Positions 25,261 to 39,381 of a stretch of 64,000 bases of DNA are shown in pieces. The position numbers and the translations under genes are program-made. How positions within the stretch are numbered: the first letter of the stretch is position 1; the number at the start of each line of letters is the position of its first letter. This stretch comes from Vermamoeba vermiformis (Eukaryota). The notes below the pieces were generated by a model. The model saw only the letters and a program-made list of their open reading frames with translations. It was not told the DNA's origin and did not search any database. The stretch covers positions 682,001 through 746,000 of the forward strand of contig JBEWZL010000077.1 in the NCBI GenBank assembly GCA_045837725.1, in the 5' to 3' direction.

Positions 25261-28200
25261 ATGGCGAATCCAGTTGCAACACCTCGTGCCAAAGTGGCTA
25301 CTGTGCACGATGTTATATCCGAATCAATTAAACTCATCAACGAGAAGTTGTTCAAGATGGAGATGGTGCTGAAAACTGCGCAAAGCCAAAAAGATATTGA
25401 AGATAATGCACCATTATTTGATGCCTCGAACAAAGTGCACGAGGTAAATAATTATATTAATTATTTACGATTTTAGAAGATATACAACCAAATCTGAAAT
25501 TTTACTAATTTCAATTCGTTCAGGTCCTATTATCGCTTAATATTAAAACAGAAGAAACTAATCAACAAAACCCTTATCAATCTCGCGTTAGGCAGCAACC
25601 GGCACGCGTAGAAGGCGTGATCACATCCTACCGATCAGGTAAACATTTCTCGTGCACAAAAATCCAATATGCTCTTTCTAAATTCTAATTAATATCATCT
25701 TATTAATATTTTAATATAGGCACGAACGTTGTGCTGCGTGATATCAAAAGCATTTTGTCGGTCATGCAAACTCAAGCCCCGAAACAAGAAATTCCAGTAC
25801 TGCAAGAGTGGGCACGCAAGATTAGAGATATATTATTGGTAAGCTCTATATTCCGGCGAGATTTTCTTCAATTTAACGAATTTTGGGTTCCGATCGGGAT
25901 TGGTTTCCGAACCGCGTTTTACGCATCCTTTATGTATCGTACAGCCTAATAATTATCTTAATATGGCCGAAACCCTATTTTGCACGTAATTTTTACGTAT
26001 TTTCAATCGATTGAACGGCCAATTCAAATTACATTGTTATTGCATAGATTGCGATGATTTTCAGATTTGTGTACAAGATTCGCAATATTATGATACGTTA
26101 CTCCTCCATAATAGTATATTGATTTAATATACTGATTTATAGCCCTATTAATTTATGATTCACTCAATTTAATCCCGATCTAGAATTCTCATTTGATATG
26201 TTTACAGTTCACAAATGCAGCTCTTAAATTAAATATGTCGCATAGCTTTTTATATGTTATTCATATATTAGAATTATTATGCAGTTGTTTTAACCGTTTT
26301 TTGCAACAGATCTTGGACGACGCTATCAATGATTTTGAAAGCAGGCAAGGCGTTGATATTACGCGCGTTTGCACTATTAAAGTCAAAGGTACAAATATAC
26401 AACCTTTTGAATTTTAAAGCTATCACTCGTAATGAGTTTTCTCGCGCTAATGTTGTTCTTTTTAATTTTAGTCGCTGAAGCAAAGAATCTTCGAGCAAAA
26501 GATATTACAGGTACGCGGTATATTAATATGCGAGGCTACAAAAGCCCAATTATGAGATTCTGCCACATTAATTTAAATTTATTGCCGAATTTTTATTGTG
26601 CTCCTATTAAATTTTAAAATTCAATCGACTATTGAATATTAATATACAATCTAAATATATCTTATATATCTATTACATCTTCTGAACTAATTTAATCATA
26701 GGCACATCGGATCCTTATTGCATAATATTTGTTGACGAAGAAAAAAAAGCGCGAACTCAAACAATTTACAAATCGTTAAATCCTGCTTGGCTACAAGAAT
26801 ACGAACTGTAAGCGATATTAGATAATAGCCTAGTTCTAACGAAATACTATTTAGAATTGTAACGCCTGAAGCGCGTGAGATCAGTTTTAAAGTTTATGAC
26901 GAAGACACGAACAAAAAAGGTAAACGCCGCTTATATATATTATTATTGCGGATACTATAGTATACAAAATTGCTTGCAGTTCCATAAAAGGAAAATTTTG
27001 CTGCGGATCCACGAAACAAATTTTTTTAAGTCAAATTAATCATTATTGAATTAATAGCCATCAAATATGATAATACTAATCATATATTAATATCAGATGA
27101 TTTTATCGGTCAAGTGATGATTGACGTCGAAGAACTCAAAGACGGATTGCCACACGAACAATGGTTCAATTTGTCACCAAAAGCCAATCGTGGTGAAGGC
27201 AGTGTGCGCCTCATTTTGAAGTATTTGCCCGTAGCCGTTGATAATCTCGTTGTGCAAGGTAATTTTAGAGCGAAAACAATTGAAATTTTTTTAGCTACCT
27301 GGATCTGCGGAATTCGCCAAAGCCTCGTCCTATTTATTTTTGTCCCAAAATAATCCGTAATTTAATTTAATGTTATATATAACGCAATTAATTAATCGGC
27401 TGTTAGAACGGATCCAAATTTTTCGTTAACTACCAAAATCATTCTAGCTACGGCTCACCATGCAAAATTTCAGTAAAATTAGAACTGATAACCAATTGAT
27501 AGATGCTTTATTTAATAGCTCTAATGCCTCGTTATTTTCAATAGTATTGTCCGCGTCCAAATTGGGCGGACCAGAATTCAAAGGCACGATGGATGCAATG
27601 TGCAAGTTGTGGATTGGCAATCCATCGGACAAATCAAAGGGTCAAACTTATTCCACGACGACGATTAAGAACACTATTAATCCGATTTGGGCTGAAAGTT
27701 TTGCCTTCAAGCTGTAAGTCAAAGAAAAAAATTTGGTCTATTTTTCGCCGAAATATTTCTAGATTAATATCTGATTAGAAACCCTCTTTTGTTGCTTCGA
27801 GAATACTAATGCGATAATATACAATCGATTTAAATTTAATTTTTTTGTCGTTCAGGGATCCAGAACAATTATCGAACGATAAATTGCTTCTTATTGTCCG
27901 ATTATACAACGAAAACAAGAGCGGATTATTAGGATTACTAGGCGGAAATACTAAGAAAAAGAAACGAAGTTTTTTGGGTCAGATCAGCATTCCTCTGACG
28001 AACATTGTCAGTGACGCAGCAACTGACTCGCATTGGGACCAATCATTTAGACTGTACCCCAAGCCTTCTAAAGAGAAAGAGCTGGGCATGATTCGTTTGT
28101 TGATGCGTTACACTGAAGAGCGGATCTTCCCTGACTACCACTACGATCAATTCTTTGAGGTACGTTTGACCCTTTATCCGCAATATCGCTTCTTTATATT

Positions 28201-30160
28201 ATACGAATATCAATGAAAACTGTCTTTGATAATATATCCGTAGCATTTAATGAAAATGTAATAGTCGTTTAAAATTCATTCTAAGATCTTAATAATATTG
28301 TTAATTCGGATAAAATTGTTACGATAACATACTTAGCTGTAAATTATATAGTCGATTTTCTTCTATTTGATGTGATATACCATGTACTTACGATAAGTTT
28401 TTGTCGCTTTATCTAATTTGGTATTTCAGCTCCTGTCCAACGACAGCGAATACTTTTTGGATCTGTTGAACAAACTAGCGCCCAACACGAGCGAAAAGAA
28501 AATTATTCTCAAATCAGTTGTCGCGGCGTTTGAATCTAAAGGCGCTGCTGGCAGATTGATCGATCGACTCTCATTTGCGGAAATTGATAAATTACGTAAG
28601 TCATCCTTAAGGGGGGGGTTTTAACTTGACAAAAACCTACTTTCCATATTTGGCAAATTTTGATTGCACGTGAAAAATTTTGATCGATCCAACCCGAATT
28701 TTTTTCAAATCAGAACGGACTCTACGTCATATACTTATTTAGTTATTATTACTAACGGTATATTTTGCAAATAGCCTCAGCAGACGTGTTATTCAGAGCC
28801 AATTCCGTGGCGTCAATTTGCCTCGACTCGTACTTGAAAATCACTTGCGTGCATTTACTCGACAAGACATTCAGGCAATTAATTCGCGAAGTTTCAAAGT
28901 CGAAAAAGGCTTGGGAGGTACGACACACAAACAATATATGCCAAATAAGGAAATTCCATTTTAACTGGATTATTTTAAGGTGGATCCGAGCAAAACTAAA
29001 GCTAGTTCGAGCGATATTAAGAAGAACGGTGTTACGTTAATAGAGAAAGTTAAACAAATATGGCAATACATTCAAGACACCGTTGATGAAATTCCCGTGT
29101 AAGTAGACGTTTTCAAAACCTCGTTCACTGAACCAACCGTTCATGAACGCATCGGACATCTAATCTTTGCAACTATTTTTGTTCACGTCGATTCTGATTG
29201 GCTGTTATTTTTAGTTCTGTACGTGAAGTGTTCCGTACGCTACAACAACGCGTCAAAGCCAAGTGGCCCGAGTCCAAGAACGCACGATTTTCAGCGGTCA
29301 GTGGCTTCATATTCTTAAGATTTTATTGTGCGGCTGTATTAGGACCTCAGCTGTTCAATATTACTGACGGTAAGTACCCAGATCTCGATCTGAAATTTTG
29401 GAATATTTCATTTGGTTTTACGGGATTACTTTGCAATTATTTTTGGGATGAATTTTGTATTAATAAGGGTATTTTATTATAGAACCTGCCGATGAAGAGG
29501 GCAACAGAAATTTGACGTTAATTTCCAAGATTTTAATGTCGTTAGCGAACTTGGCGAGCTTTGACGTGAAAGACAATTACCTCGCTGAACACACTGCTGC
29601 ATTTTTCGAAGAAAATATTCCTAAAATGCGACAGTACCTTGATACTGCTGCTGTAAGTACCATACCAAAATATTTTTCGCGGATCTTGTACCACATCCAC
29701 GATCACGTTTAATTTACATTTTACTCGTAGTAATATTAATACTATACTCGTTATTATATCGAATACAATAGTATTAATATCACTATTTGGTAATAGATCC
29801 ACCGAAATTTTATAAATTTTCGTTCGAGCTTAATACTTTAAATCAATCTTTATTATTGCATGTGGCAAATTTTAATGTACAAATTTTTAGACTATCCCAG
29901 CTAAGCCAGTGGCAGTTCCACGAGTGCCGATTTACTGGGGCAAAGAAATGGCGCACATTCAAGATTTCTTGTCGCAGAACAGCGCTAAGATCAACGAACT
30001 CAAAGCAGCGAGCAAAAATGAAAATGAAGTTAATTTCTTGGAAAAGATGTTAGCAGAGCTTGATTACTTTGAAGATCTGCTGTCAAAACACGATGACGCG
30101 CCACAACGCAATTACGCACATGTTGGAACGATTCATCATGCGGAGATCAAGAAAGAATAG
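25261..30160 (+). CDS. RasGAP with two C2 domains (GAP1-family-like architecture)
   Basis: C2 motifs (EAKNLRAKDITGTSDPYC; TTTIKNTINPIWAESF), arginine finger LFRANS, VSGFIFLRFYCAAVLGP, and LTLISKILMSLAN. Confidence 0.88.
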
Positions 30161-30441
30161 TTCCATAACATGTATTGTAATAGCAAATAATTTTATTTAT
30201 TGTACTGTAATAAATACAAGTATCAGACGGTATCGAAGATCAACTTACGATCCGGTTGCGAAATGGCCGCATAGCTTGAATACCTCTTGATAAGATGTTT
30301 GGGGAAATATATTTTAATCATCGTTAATATATATATTATCGCTTGTTCTAAACGGCTAAGTTAAAAATCGCGCCCTTTGTTTCTTTTGTTTCAAACAGAA
30401 CCAACAAGCGATCTTTCGTTTCAATAACCCAAAATGCGAAA

Positions 30442-33439
30442 ATGGATTCACGAGGACTTAGAACAACAAAAAAGCCAAAGAAGTTCGATATTCAGAAAGA
30501 AATAAAGATGGCAGCGGAGAATAAAACTAAATCTGTCTCAAAACCAAACAAAAAAAGAAAATTGGAAGATTCAGACGATAATAATTATAATAATTATAAT
30601 AATAACGGCAACAAAAAAAGAAAAACAGATAAATCAGGTGAATCAAGAATTGCAAAAATAGCGGATTTGGCGCCAACCCCGAAAACAAAGCAGGAGACAA
30701 AACAAAAAACTTCGCAACCTAAAAACTATCGCAATAAACAAGGATACGCTACAAAGCATTCTAGAGAAATTAAATCCCAGCGAACTCAACCGAATCCGCG
30801 TAAACATGAAGCCAAAGACGAACCCTGTATGTTTTCAACCTCCTCCATCGGTAGTAAACTAACATATCTTAATCACGGCAGTGCCAAAGATCACATTAGA
30901 AAACAAAGTGCTTACCCGCCCTCTAAAATTCAGTGGTCCTCTTCGCGAACTAGAAAAAGCAGTAGCCACGATCGATGGCGAAAAGTAAGTCATCTCCGCA
31001 CTTCTGTACTAATCCGGGAAAAGAGTAACGCTGCGAGAACTATGCGCAGAGTGGAATATAAGGCCCATGGTGACCGGCATTTCGATGAATCTTCAAAATC
31101 TTCCGTGGAACAGTGCAAGGGACAGGAATGTGCTCAGGTTTGTCGCAGATTTAATAGCCAAGCTAGTAAAAATGGTAAGTGTTATTAATCCAACTACAGG
31201 GGCGCATCATTTAGTCGGTTTAAATCAGATCCAGCTGTGCCACCAAAACATGCAACAAGACACGTTTGCTGAACTACGCAAAATGATTGCCAAAGAAATT
31301 GCTGCAAACAACTCCGACTTTGAAAAGAAGTTCAAACAGCTTTTACCCGATATTGTCACGATTGTCGCGGACTGGGGACAAATGCTAAAAATACCTCCCA
31401 ATGCCTCGGGTCGAGACCAAGACTTCACGAATGTACCGTACGCCGAGCTATTCGAGCCACTCCTTCAAGGTCTCCCCTCGACTCGATGTTCAGCCATGAG
31501 TCTTCCCGTCCCATTTGATAAGTTCAAACGTCTTACCGATGCAAGAAGCTACGTTTTGAAAGACGATCTTGAATTTGTCTACTTCATTCGGGAAGACAGT
31601 CCTGCCAAAGATACGGATGAATATCACAAAGGCTTGCACAAGCTCGTACAACTCATGCGGTGCGCACTGCGGTGTCAAATCCTGCATTTAAAACCGTCAA
31701 ATGAACAGAGAATACTCTACTGCTTTGGCATTCTTACGTCAGGCTACTGTGTACAACTACTGCAAATGCATGTGCGACTTCATTCTGAAACTGACTACGA
31801 AAGCCCAATCTATGAGCTCTGGGTCGAGCCTGAACGCGATCTTGCCAAATTTGGAGAAGACTTTTTAACCAAGTTAATGACGTGGCTAGTTGCTATTCGC
31901 ACTTACCACTTCAGGTTGGAAAACTTACTCAAGTCCTGGACAGCGACGAAAACTTCCACGACTTCTCAAGGTGGAGCGAAATCCAAGCAAAAGGAGGACC
32001 ATGCATCAGCCAACAATAAGCCCAAGAAGGATGAGTCCGTCGATCAAGAAACGCTCAATGCAATTGTCTACGGGTTCAACAACAAAGAGTACAGCGTCCT
32101 ACTCAAGGTAAGTGCTGTGCATTCAATGACAATCTAATGGCCTTATTGCAGAATGCCAAGTACGACAAGCGAGTACTTCTCCTCTGCACGACAGTCAAGC
32201 ACATGCGACTGTTTGTAGTCAAAGTCTATGGTGCTGAATGTAACTACATGTGCGAGGCTGATGTATTGAAAGTGCTTGGACAACATCCTAACGTTTGTGA
32301 ACTTCTCGCTGTAACTACGCTCAAGAGTGAGTCGATAATGCGATCGTACAACACGTATTCAGAACTAATTATTAAATAGCTGGCGATATTCTGACCGTAC
32401 AACCTTACTATGGAGACAGTGACGATTGGTACAACGGCTACGCAAAAAGAGAAAAGTTCCCGTTAGTGTTTCTTCAGCTAGCAAAGGTTCGCATTTCTCA
32501 CCTATTGTCAAACCTCAATACTAACAGCACCTATTGCAGGGTTTATCGCACGTGCACGATTGCGGTGTTATTCACGGCGACATCAAGCCCTTCAACTTCA
32601 TGGTGGACTCGGATTGCAATACACGTATCATTGACTTTGACTTCAGTGCTCGTGTTGACACTGGTAAGCTCTCTTAAATGATTTAAAAAGGTCATGAATT
32701 AATCAACAATAGATGACATGGAAAAGTTTGGTGGAACAGAAGGCTATTTTGCACCTGAGTGGTACGAGCAATACGAAAAAGAGACGGGAGATGCCCCAGT
32801 GACATTCAAGTGTGACATTTGGAGCTTGGCTATTACCGTGTGCCAATGTGTATGTTACAAATAGAGTGTCCATAACTCTTACAGTCTAACTGGTACTTTA
32901 GGCTGGTGTTGAATACGGTCAAATGGTAGATCCGCTTGAACGACGTGCACAAGTTCTTGAGGATATCAAATCTAAATCGTAAGATTACAATGCTGTAACA
33001 TCGATGCTGGCAGTAAGCTAACGTTGTTCTTGTTGACAGATTCCTTTTGTGGCCTGTTAGCAGTTTGATCAAACGAATGCTGGCAATTAATCCAGACAAC
33101 AGACCAACTGCTTTAGAAGTGTTTGATGAGCTAGTAAAAGTGTACGGCAATTGTGGAATTGCTCGAAATGAAGTCAAAAGTGAACGAGCAGTCACTCAAC
33201 AGAACAAGCTTCGCAACGATAAAGAAACAACTGTTCGACAAGTGCCAGCTAACAAAATGTTAGAGACCAACAATAATGGCACTGCGAAGAAGCGTTGTGG
33301 GTATGAAGATAATAACGATGAAAACAGAGACCAACGAAATGGTCACAAGGTTAGACGAGTACCGGCAGCTAACAAGAGAAACAAAGATGCCAAGAATGAT
33401 CGAGGTATTCTAAACGACATCACTAACGTTGTAAAATAA
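30442..33439 (+). CDS. Basic NLS-rich N-terminus + putative restriction-endonuclease-fold domain + atypical Ser/Thr kinase + C-terminal D-box
   Basis: Spliced kinase motifs VVKVY, E(alphaC), HPNV, VIHGDIKPFN, IIDFDFS, GGTEGYFAPE, CDIWSL, RMLAINPDNRPTA. Central ORF has TDARSY..E..REDS..KLVQLMR..FGILTSG..IYEL. The protein ends in RGILNDITNVVK. Confidence 0.75.
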
Positions 33440-33607
33440 CGTTTTATGATGTATTCTTTGTACGAATGACTAGTAAAACCAAATTTGGAGCACGGCACCT
33501 GTCACGAAAGTCTAAATAGTAATACTAACGCATAAAACCGTTCTAAAACTGCATCGGTGATCGGGTACAAAGTGCCAATTTCGGTGTGTAGAATATTCTA
33601 TTTATGG

Positions 33608-35759
33608 CTACAGCAATAGAGTTCCAACAAAAAGCATTACGAACAACAGTGCTTCAAGCCGACTGGCACCAGAGACAGACTCCTCCGTTGGTTGATTAGT
33701 TGGTTCCGACAGCGCTGCTGGACGCTCAGTCTCACGTGTAATTGTCTGCGTGATATATTCGTCAGAATAGCCAACCCAGCCTTCCTCGCCGGTGTATTTC
33801 ACTCGGAATCGAACTCTGGAGAATTGAATGAAATTAATTAATTTTTTCAAAAGCTTCGGTAAAGGTTTTCTTACGAAATACCGCTATAAGACGGATCTTG
33901 CGGCACAGGCACGTCAATGGAGCTAACAAATATTTGTTCGTCGATGCGATCCGTAAAAGAAGCTTCGCCAAAAGTTACAAACTCCTCCATTGGATTAGGC
34001 ACAAAATGAAACGTCGTTGCGCGTTGGAATTCAGCTTTGGAGGTCCAGTAGTATCGTTTGTAAGTCATATTGAACACTGCAAACTCGCCTTTGACGATAA
34101 GTTGCGACTGCAGAATTGGCTTCTCTGAAATGAAATAAATTTAAATTAAATAAAATATGTAGGTATCACGAATAAACGTCGATTTCGTAATTTAAATTGC
34201 AATTTGTGGGATCTGTATGAAAAGGAATTCTTTAAGTTACGAATACTTACCCCAGATTACATTAAAATAAGGTATTACTATTGGCAGACCGTTCCATATA
34301 CCCTCAGAAGCCACCGTAACAGCTAAGCCTCCAGACTTTCCGGTCACGGTAGAAAATCGATGAAAATAGAAAAGCTTATTTGTAGTCACATCGGGCAGTA
34401 CTGCATAGATAAAACCATCTGGAGCTATCGCAAATCTCTCCTGTACGCTTTCACGTAAAAATTACCAGAAATATGCGAAAAGGCTTACAAGTAATTTGGC
34501 GTCAACCAGCAGATCAAATTTTTTCGTAACAGGTTCGAATGTGTAGATTTGATGGTACTCTCCTAATAAAATTTATATTAATAGAAGTTCAAATGATCAG
34601 GGAATTTACCATTTTTAACTGAGCAGTAAAATATAGTTTGGTTCGGATGTGGGATCATGAACTTGATACTCTGATTCGTTAACAGTTCCATAGTGCCATC
34701 GTTTTCTACGATAAGAATATATGAGTATTTAGTAATGACGCGATCATCTGCACTTACCATACACGCGATAAAAATTGGATCCGTCACTGGCGTATAGGTC
34801 AGTCGAAGTGACTGCAACCCGCGTGAAGTTTTCATATGAAGATATCAAGCGAGTAGCATTAGTAACGGCATTAAATGCTCGAAGACCTAATGGACAAGTT
34901 AGAACAAAAAATTCTTCGTATTCGCATCTCGAAATTTACCATCGCTATCGGCAATAATAATCTCCACTTCGTTGTTTTTTGTACGAACTGCTATATTATT
35001 TTCAACAACGGACACGTTGTTACTAAACGGCTCGCCAACAAGTCTCTCAATTTCAACTGAACAGATTCGTTGGAGCTTACAAAAATTCTGCCTAAATTAA
35101 TCGTAGTACGTACGTGCTCCCCGCAGCAAAAAAGAACTCTTGGTAGGCAACAATTGATAGCTTCGTCTCATGTCCATGACGGCGTAAAACAGCCCATCTT
35201 CAGGCCGAAAAACAGCTGCTGTGTAGCCTCTCATCCCCAAATCCTGAGAAAATTCTATTTACGATTGTTATTTAATAGCAATAATAGATTAAAGAGTTTA
35301 TCTATTACCTCTCGAGGTGAGCTGGTTTATACCCAGATCTATGTTCAATCGGAAAACCTTAGAACCACAGCAATCGCGGTTGGTACTATCTACCCATATA
35401 AATCTTTGACATACTATTGAAATGATTTGTAATTAACGAGATTGTTGGATTCAGATCCAGATTTGCTTACCGAAGCACTCTGCAAAAAATAGAATTGAAA
35501 GCAATGCGATATTAAGCCTCGACATCTGTGCAATAGCTTCTTCAGGGGTGATTTAACGTATAATCGACGGAGATTCTCAAACCGATTTATGCTGTCAGGA
35601 TTCTCAACATTTTCTGCGCACAAACTGCTGATATTTCAATTTAGGTCCTGTTCGAGTACACACGTACCTATTGATTCACTAATTAATTGATTGTTGGTAT
35701 TTCTTCACTTATCACCATAAACTTACAACCAGGATCCGGGATGTTTTGTGGATCGACAT
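33608..35759 (-). CDS. Multi-exon hypothetical surface protein with GPI-anchor-like C-terminus; 5' end uncertain
   Basis: Chain of GT-AG-bounded exons; the last exon ends EPTNQPTEESVSGASRLEALLFVMLFVGTLLL. Confidence 0.45.
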
Positions 35760-35851
35760 TTCAGTGAAACTAAAGTATTGACGCCTAAATGTGATTCGGA
35801 GGTCTATTCGCATTGTCTGGTAATTGTAGTATTTTCTTGCAAGTATCTGCT

Positions 35852-36172
35852 TTATAGTGTGTAACTCATGTGGTACAAGATCCACCACGCGTTCAGTACA
35901 AAGAGTACTGCCACTAATCGACTAGCAGACGATGCTTGGTCCTTGGTTGGTGCGCGAATAGTCCCATCATTTTGTATCAGAGGAGCACTATCCGATAATA
36001 TAACGGAGCTGGCAGGTGGATCCGTCGGCGGATTTGAAGGTTGATCGCCTTGAACGATATCTGTAGATATTTGCCGCAACACCAGCAACTCTTCTTCTAC
36101 AAGCTCGGTATTTGTCACCGCGCGTGAATTTATCCATCATGATGTCTTGTTGTTGCTTCTGTCAGAGTAAAC
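35852..36172 (-). pseudogene. Orphan last-exon fragment of a GPI-type surface protein with an in-frame TGA
   Basis: ttttag|VYSDRSNNKTS*WINSRAVTN...DQPSNPPTDPP...ASSASRLVAVLFVL. Only ~120 bp separate it from the tRNA, leaving little room for upstream exons. Confidence 0.45.
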
Positions 36173-36294
36173 CTAAAATTTCGTTAAAAACGATCTGTAA
36201 TAAAAGTGATAATTTTGTGCTCGTGGGTGCTCGGCCAAGGCTTGAGGGAGTACAAGCAGAAGGCTGTTGCGCAGCAAAAAAGCAAAAAAGAAAT

Positions 36295-36367
36295 TGCGCC
36301 CGACGGGACTTGAACCCGCAGCCTCCTGGTTCGTAGCCAGACACTCTACCACTTGAGCCACGAGCGC
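36295..36367 (-). tRNA. trnR-ACG: tRNA-Arg (anticodon ACG), copy 1
   Basis: GCGCTCGTGGCTCAAGTGGTAGAGTGTCTGGCTACGAACCAGGAGGCTGCGGGTTCAAGTCCCGTCGGGCGCA: 73 nt, full cloverleaf, A and B boxes, downstream T-runs. Confidence 0.97.
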
Positions 36368-36444
36368 TTCTTGATTTTGCTCGATAAGACTTTCTGGACC
36401 CCATTCGCTAAAGCCACAAAAAGGTCTCGTTCGCTGCCCAAGTC

Positions 36445-39158
36445 TTATTTATTCTTCTTGTCAATCTTCAGGGTCTCAGGACGTTTGCCACGGATAATTT
36501 CTTGCCAAAATTCTCGCAATAGTTGCTTGGCTACCTCTGGCTTGGCCCCAATGCCTTCGAGTCTGAACATGGGCGATAAGACGGGCAAGAACAAGAGCTC
36601 TAATAGCACATCTTTGTTATTCTTAAGTTGCGGTACTGCACCTAACTCCGTGGCAATGTCTTCCAAGTACGAAAACGCATCCACCTAAACGTAACTAAGT
36701 CAGCGAAGGCTTTCAAGATTCGACTAGGAATGTCACCCAGCGTGCATTTTCGAGGTATACTGAGTATGCTAATTCACGAAGAAAATGGATCTGAGATCCG
36801 ACTCCGTTACCTGAATAGTATGACGCGCTCGCTTGATGTATCTTCGACGAATAGACTCTTGATACTTATCGATCCATTGGTTCATCTGGGCTGGTTCAGG
36901 AAGGCCCAAGTTGCCTTTGAATATTTGCACGACCCATCGAGATTGAATCTCTGCAAGTGTCATGATAGCACCGATCGGCTGCACGAGGCCAATCACTGCC
37001 AAAGTGAGCGGAGCTGTAGGACTGAATACGTTTTTGTACAATCGAAGTTCATTGTTTTCGCCAACGGGTAATAACTTGGAAATACATCGTTAGTCACATT
37101 ACTTTAAAAAAAGTATGAGCTGTACGTACTTGTTCGTTAGAAACAAACGGGAAAGTGATTTTGTAGCCGGTGCAGAAAATAACAGCGTCAACTGTCTCTT
37201 CGGAGTTATCGTCGAACACGACGGTGTTTTCAGTGAACTGTTTGATGTTGGGCTTGACTTTCACTGAACCAGTGCCAATTCGCATCAACAGTTCTTGACT
37301 GATAGTCGGATGAGTCTGTTGAATATCACACTTTGGATCGAGACCCCATGACGCCATCGATCCTTGCAAACATGTCATCTGAAAAAAAATGACACGTGTC
37401 AAACTCCAAACTTCACTGAGGATAGTTATTTTCGATTATATTTCCTTACCAAGAATTGCATAATGGGCGACAAGATCTTAATAGCAAATGACGGTGGAAG
37501 AAGAATTGCCAAGAATCGCGGAATAATTAGCAAATCGGACGACATGCCTAGAGCTGCAAATAAAAGATAAGCTCCACTTTCCTTTTTTGGTATAACCTCT
37601 AGTATTACTTACTCCACTTGGGAAGAATCCAAGCTCCGCTACACGTAAGATAAATGAGAATTGGGTCTATCGAGAAAATATTTGCAAAATCGTACGTACG
37701 TTCTCGTGCTCAAATAAACTTTCTTTGATACGCGCGACAACTCACACGCAAGATCCACAGCGCTATTACCGATGCCAACAATCACTACGTGCTTGTCTTG
37801 GAAGTCATAGCCGATCTTAGGATCTTTGTACTGTACAAAAAATATACTCAATTAGCTTCACGAATTCTGTAAAATATATTCTCTGCATGACTTACAGCGT
37901 GCGAGTGCATCAAATGACCTTTGAATTTTTCTTGTCCAGGGAAATTAGGCCATCTCTAATCAAATCATTAGTGTCGTCTCGTTAATGTCAAGCTGTGTTA
38001 TCAATAACGTTAGTATAGTGCTTACAGGAGTGTTGTGATGACCGTTGCAAATCATGACCGCGTCAAAAATATCTTGCGCAGTCTGGTCTTCAATCACATT
38101 GCTCGTGCCAGGCGTGACAGGAGCGTGCAACACGCGCCATCGATCGTTGTCTATCAAATCAACGCTCTTCACGCGTGTGTTGAATTTGATCTTGTCCATC
38201 ACATTAAAATGACGTGCGTATTGTTCAAAGTACGCGACAATCTCGCGGTGATGCGGATGTGTCGGAAAATCCGGCGCCATTGGGCTAAAAATCAACATTA
38301 ATATTATGTCACGACCTATCATAATATTTTAATTATACTAGTCTTATTACTTTGAAATCTTAAAATTTCATGAGTTTTAGGCGGTAAGTTTCAAACAACG
38401 GCCCGTCCTTGCCAAATAAGAAAAATCGCTGGCAGAAAAGTACAATAGAGAAGGTGAGAGGTAGAATAATATGATATGTTATTAAGGCATGACTTACAAA
38501 TCTGAAAAGCACATTTGATGCTTCGAAGTGTTGATGACGGTGGATCTGTAAACACTCGCGTGACATTCCGTTTCTTTGAAGACCCAATTACCGCCTAATT
38601 CGGACATTTGCTCGAACAATACGACTTCAAAACCTGCTTCAAGGGCCTCTATAATAATAAACAGCAAATTTAGCTCGCGTTTTGTGATCTGGTTCGTAAT
38701 CCGAAGAAACGGTACTGAATTTAAAATTGAACGGAATCAAGATGGAAATTAAATACAATTTTGATATTAAATCGCTATTATAATTGATTTGAGTGCTAAT
38801 ACTTACCTTTTGCTGCGGTAATTCCACTGCTACCAGCTCCAATAATTCCAACTCGCTTCACCTATTTTTAAAGTAATTAATCTCGGTGTATAATATTGCA
38901 ATATACAATAAAGACATATTAACAGCACGTTGTAATTTTGTAATTGCGTTACGTGAATATTTCTAATTTTTTGAAACTGAATCCAATCGTTGAGCTAATG
39001 CTCTTCTAGCTTACTTGATTTTTTGGGATATATCTTGAAGCAGGAGTTGGCTCAAATACTTTAGTATTGTATCTTATGAGACCTAAGACAATTCCGTAGA
39101 TCAGCACGAACGGAAACGCCGCAGTCTTCACAAGCGTGACTAAGATGTGGAGGACCAT
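36445..39158 (-). CDS. Flavin-containing monooxygenase (FMO family) with N-terminal hydrophobic anchor
   Basis: IIGAGSSG (FAD), FDAVMICNGHH, FKGHLMHSHAYK (FMO signature), VVIVGIGNSAVD (NADPH), DAVIFCTGY, AEIQSRW. Confidence 0.92.
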
Positions 39159-39381
39159 TATACACGATAATAATATATTATACAAATGCTTTTGTTGTTG
39201 TATCTATGTTACACTGTTGCGAGATTGAAAATCCCAAATCTCATTTTTGTGCGCTTCGCCAACAGAATCTCGCAATTCATCTCCGGATATGATTGCTTAT
39301 TACATTCAACGATGAATACTGCATATTTAACAAACATTGGAGCCATTTCCAAATTTCGATCCGGTAAATTAGGCCGTACGT

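Noticed and set aside
30200..33600. Transposon termini (TIR, LTR, Helitron hairpin, TSD) around the nuclease-kinase gene
   Set aside because: None could be identified by eye, so it is not annotated as a mobile element.
36130..36145. In-frame TGA as selenocysteine or alternative genetic code
   Set aside because: Other genes use the standard code, no SECIS-like element was seen and the context is a truncated fragment.
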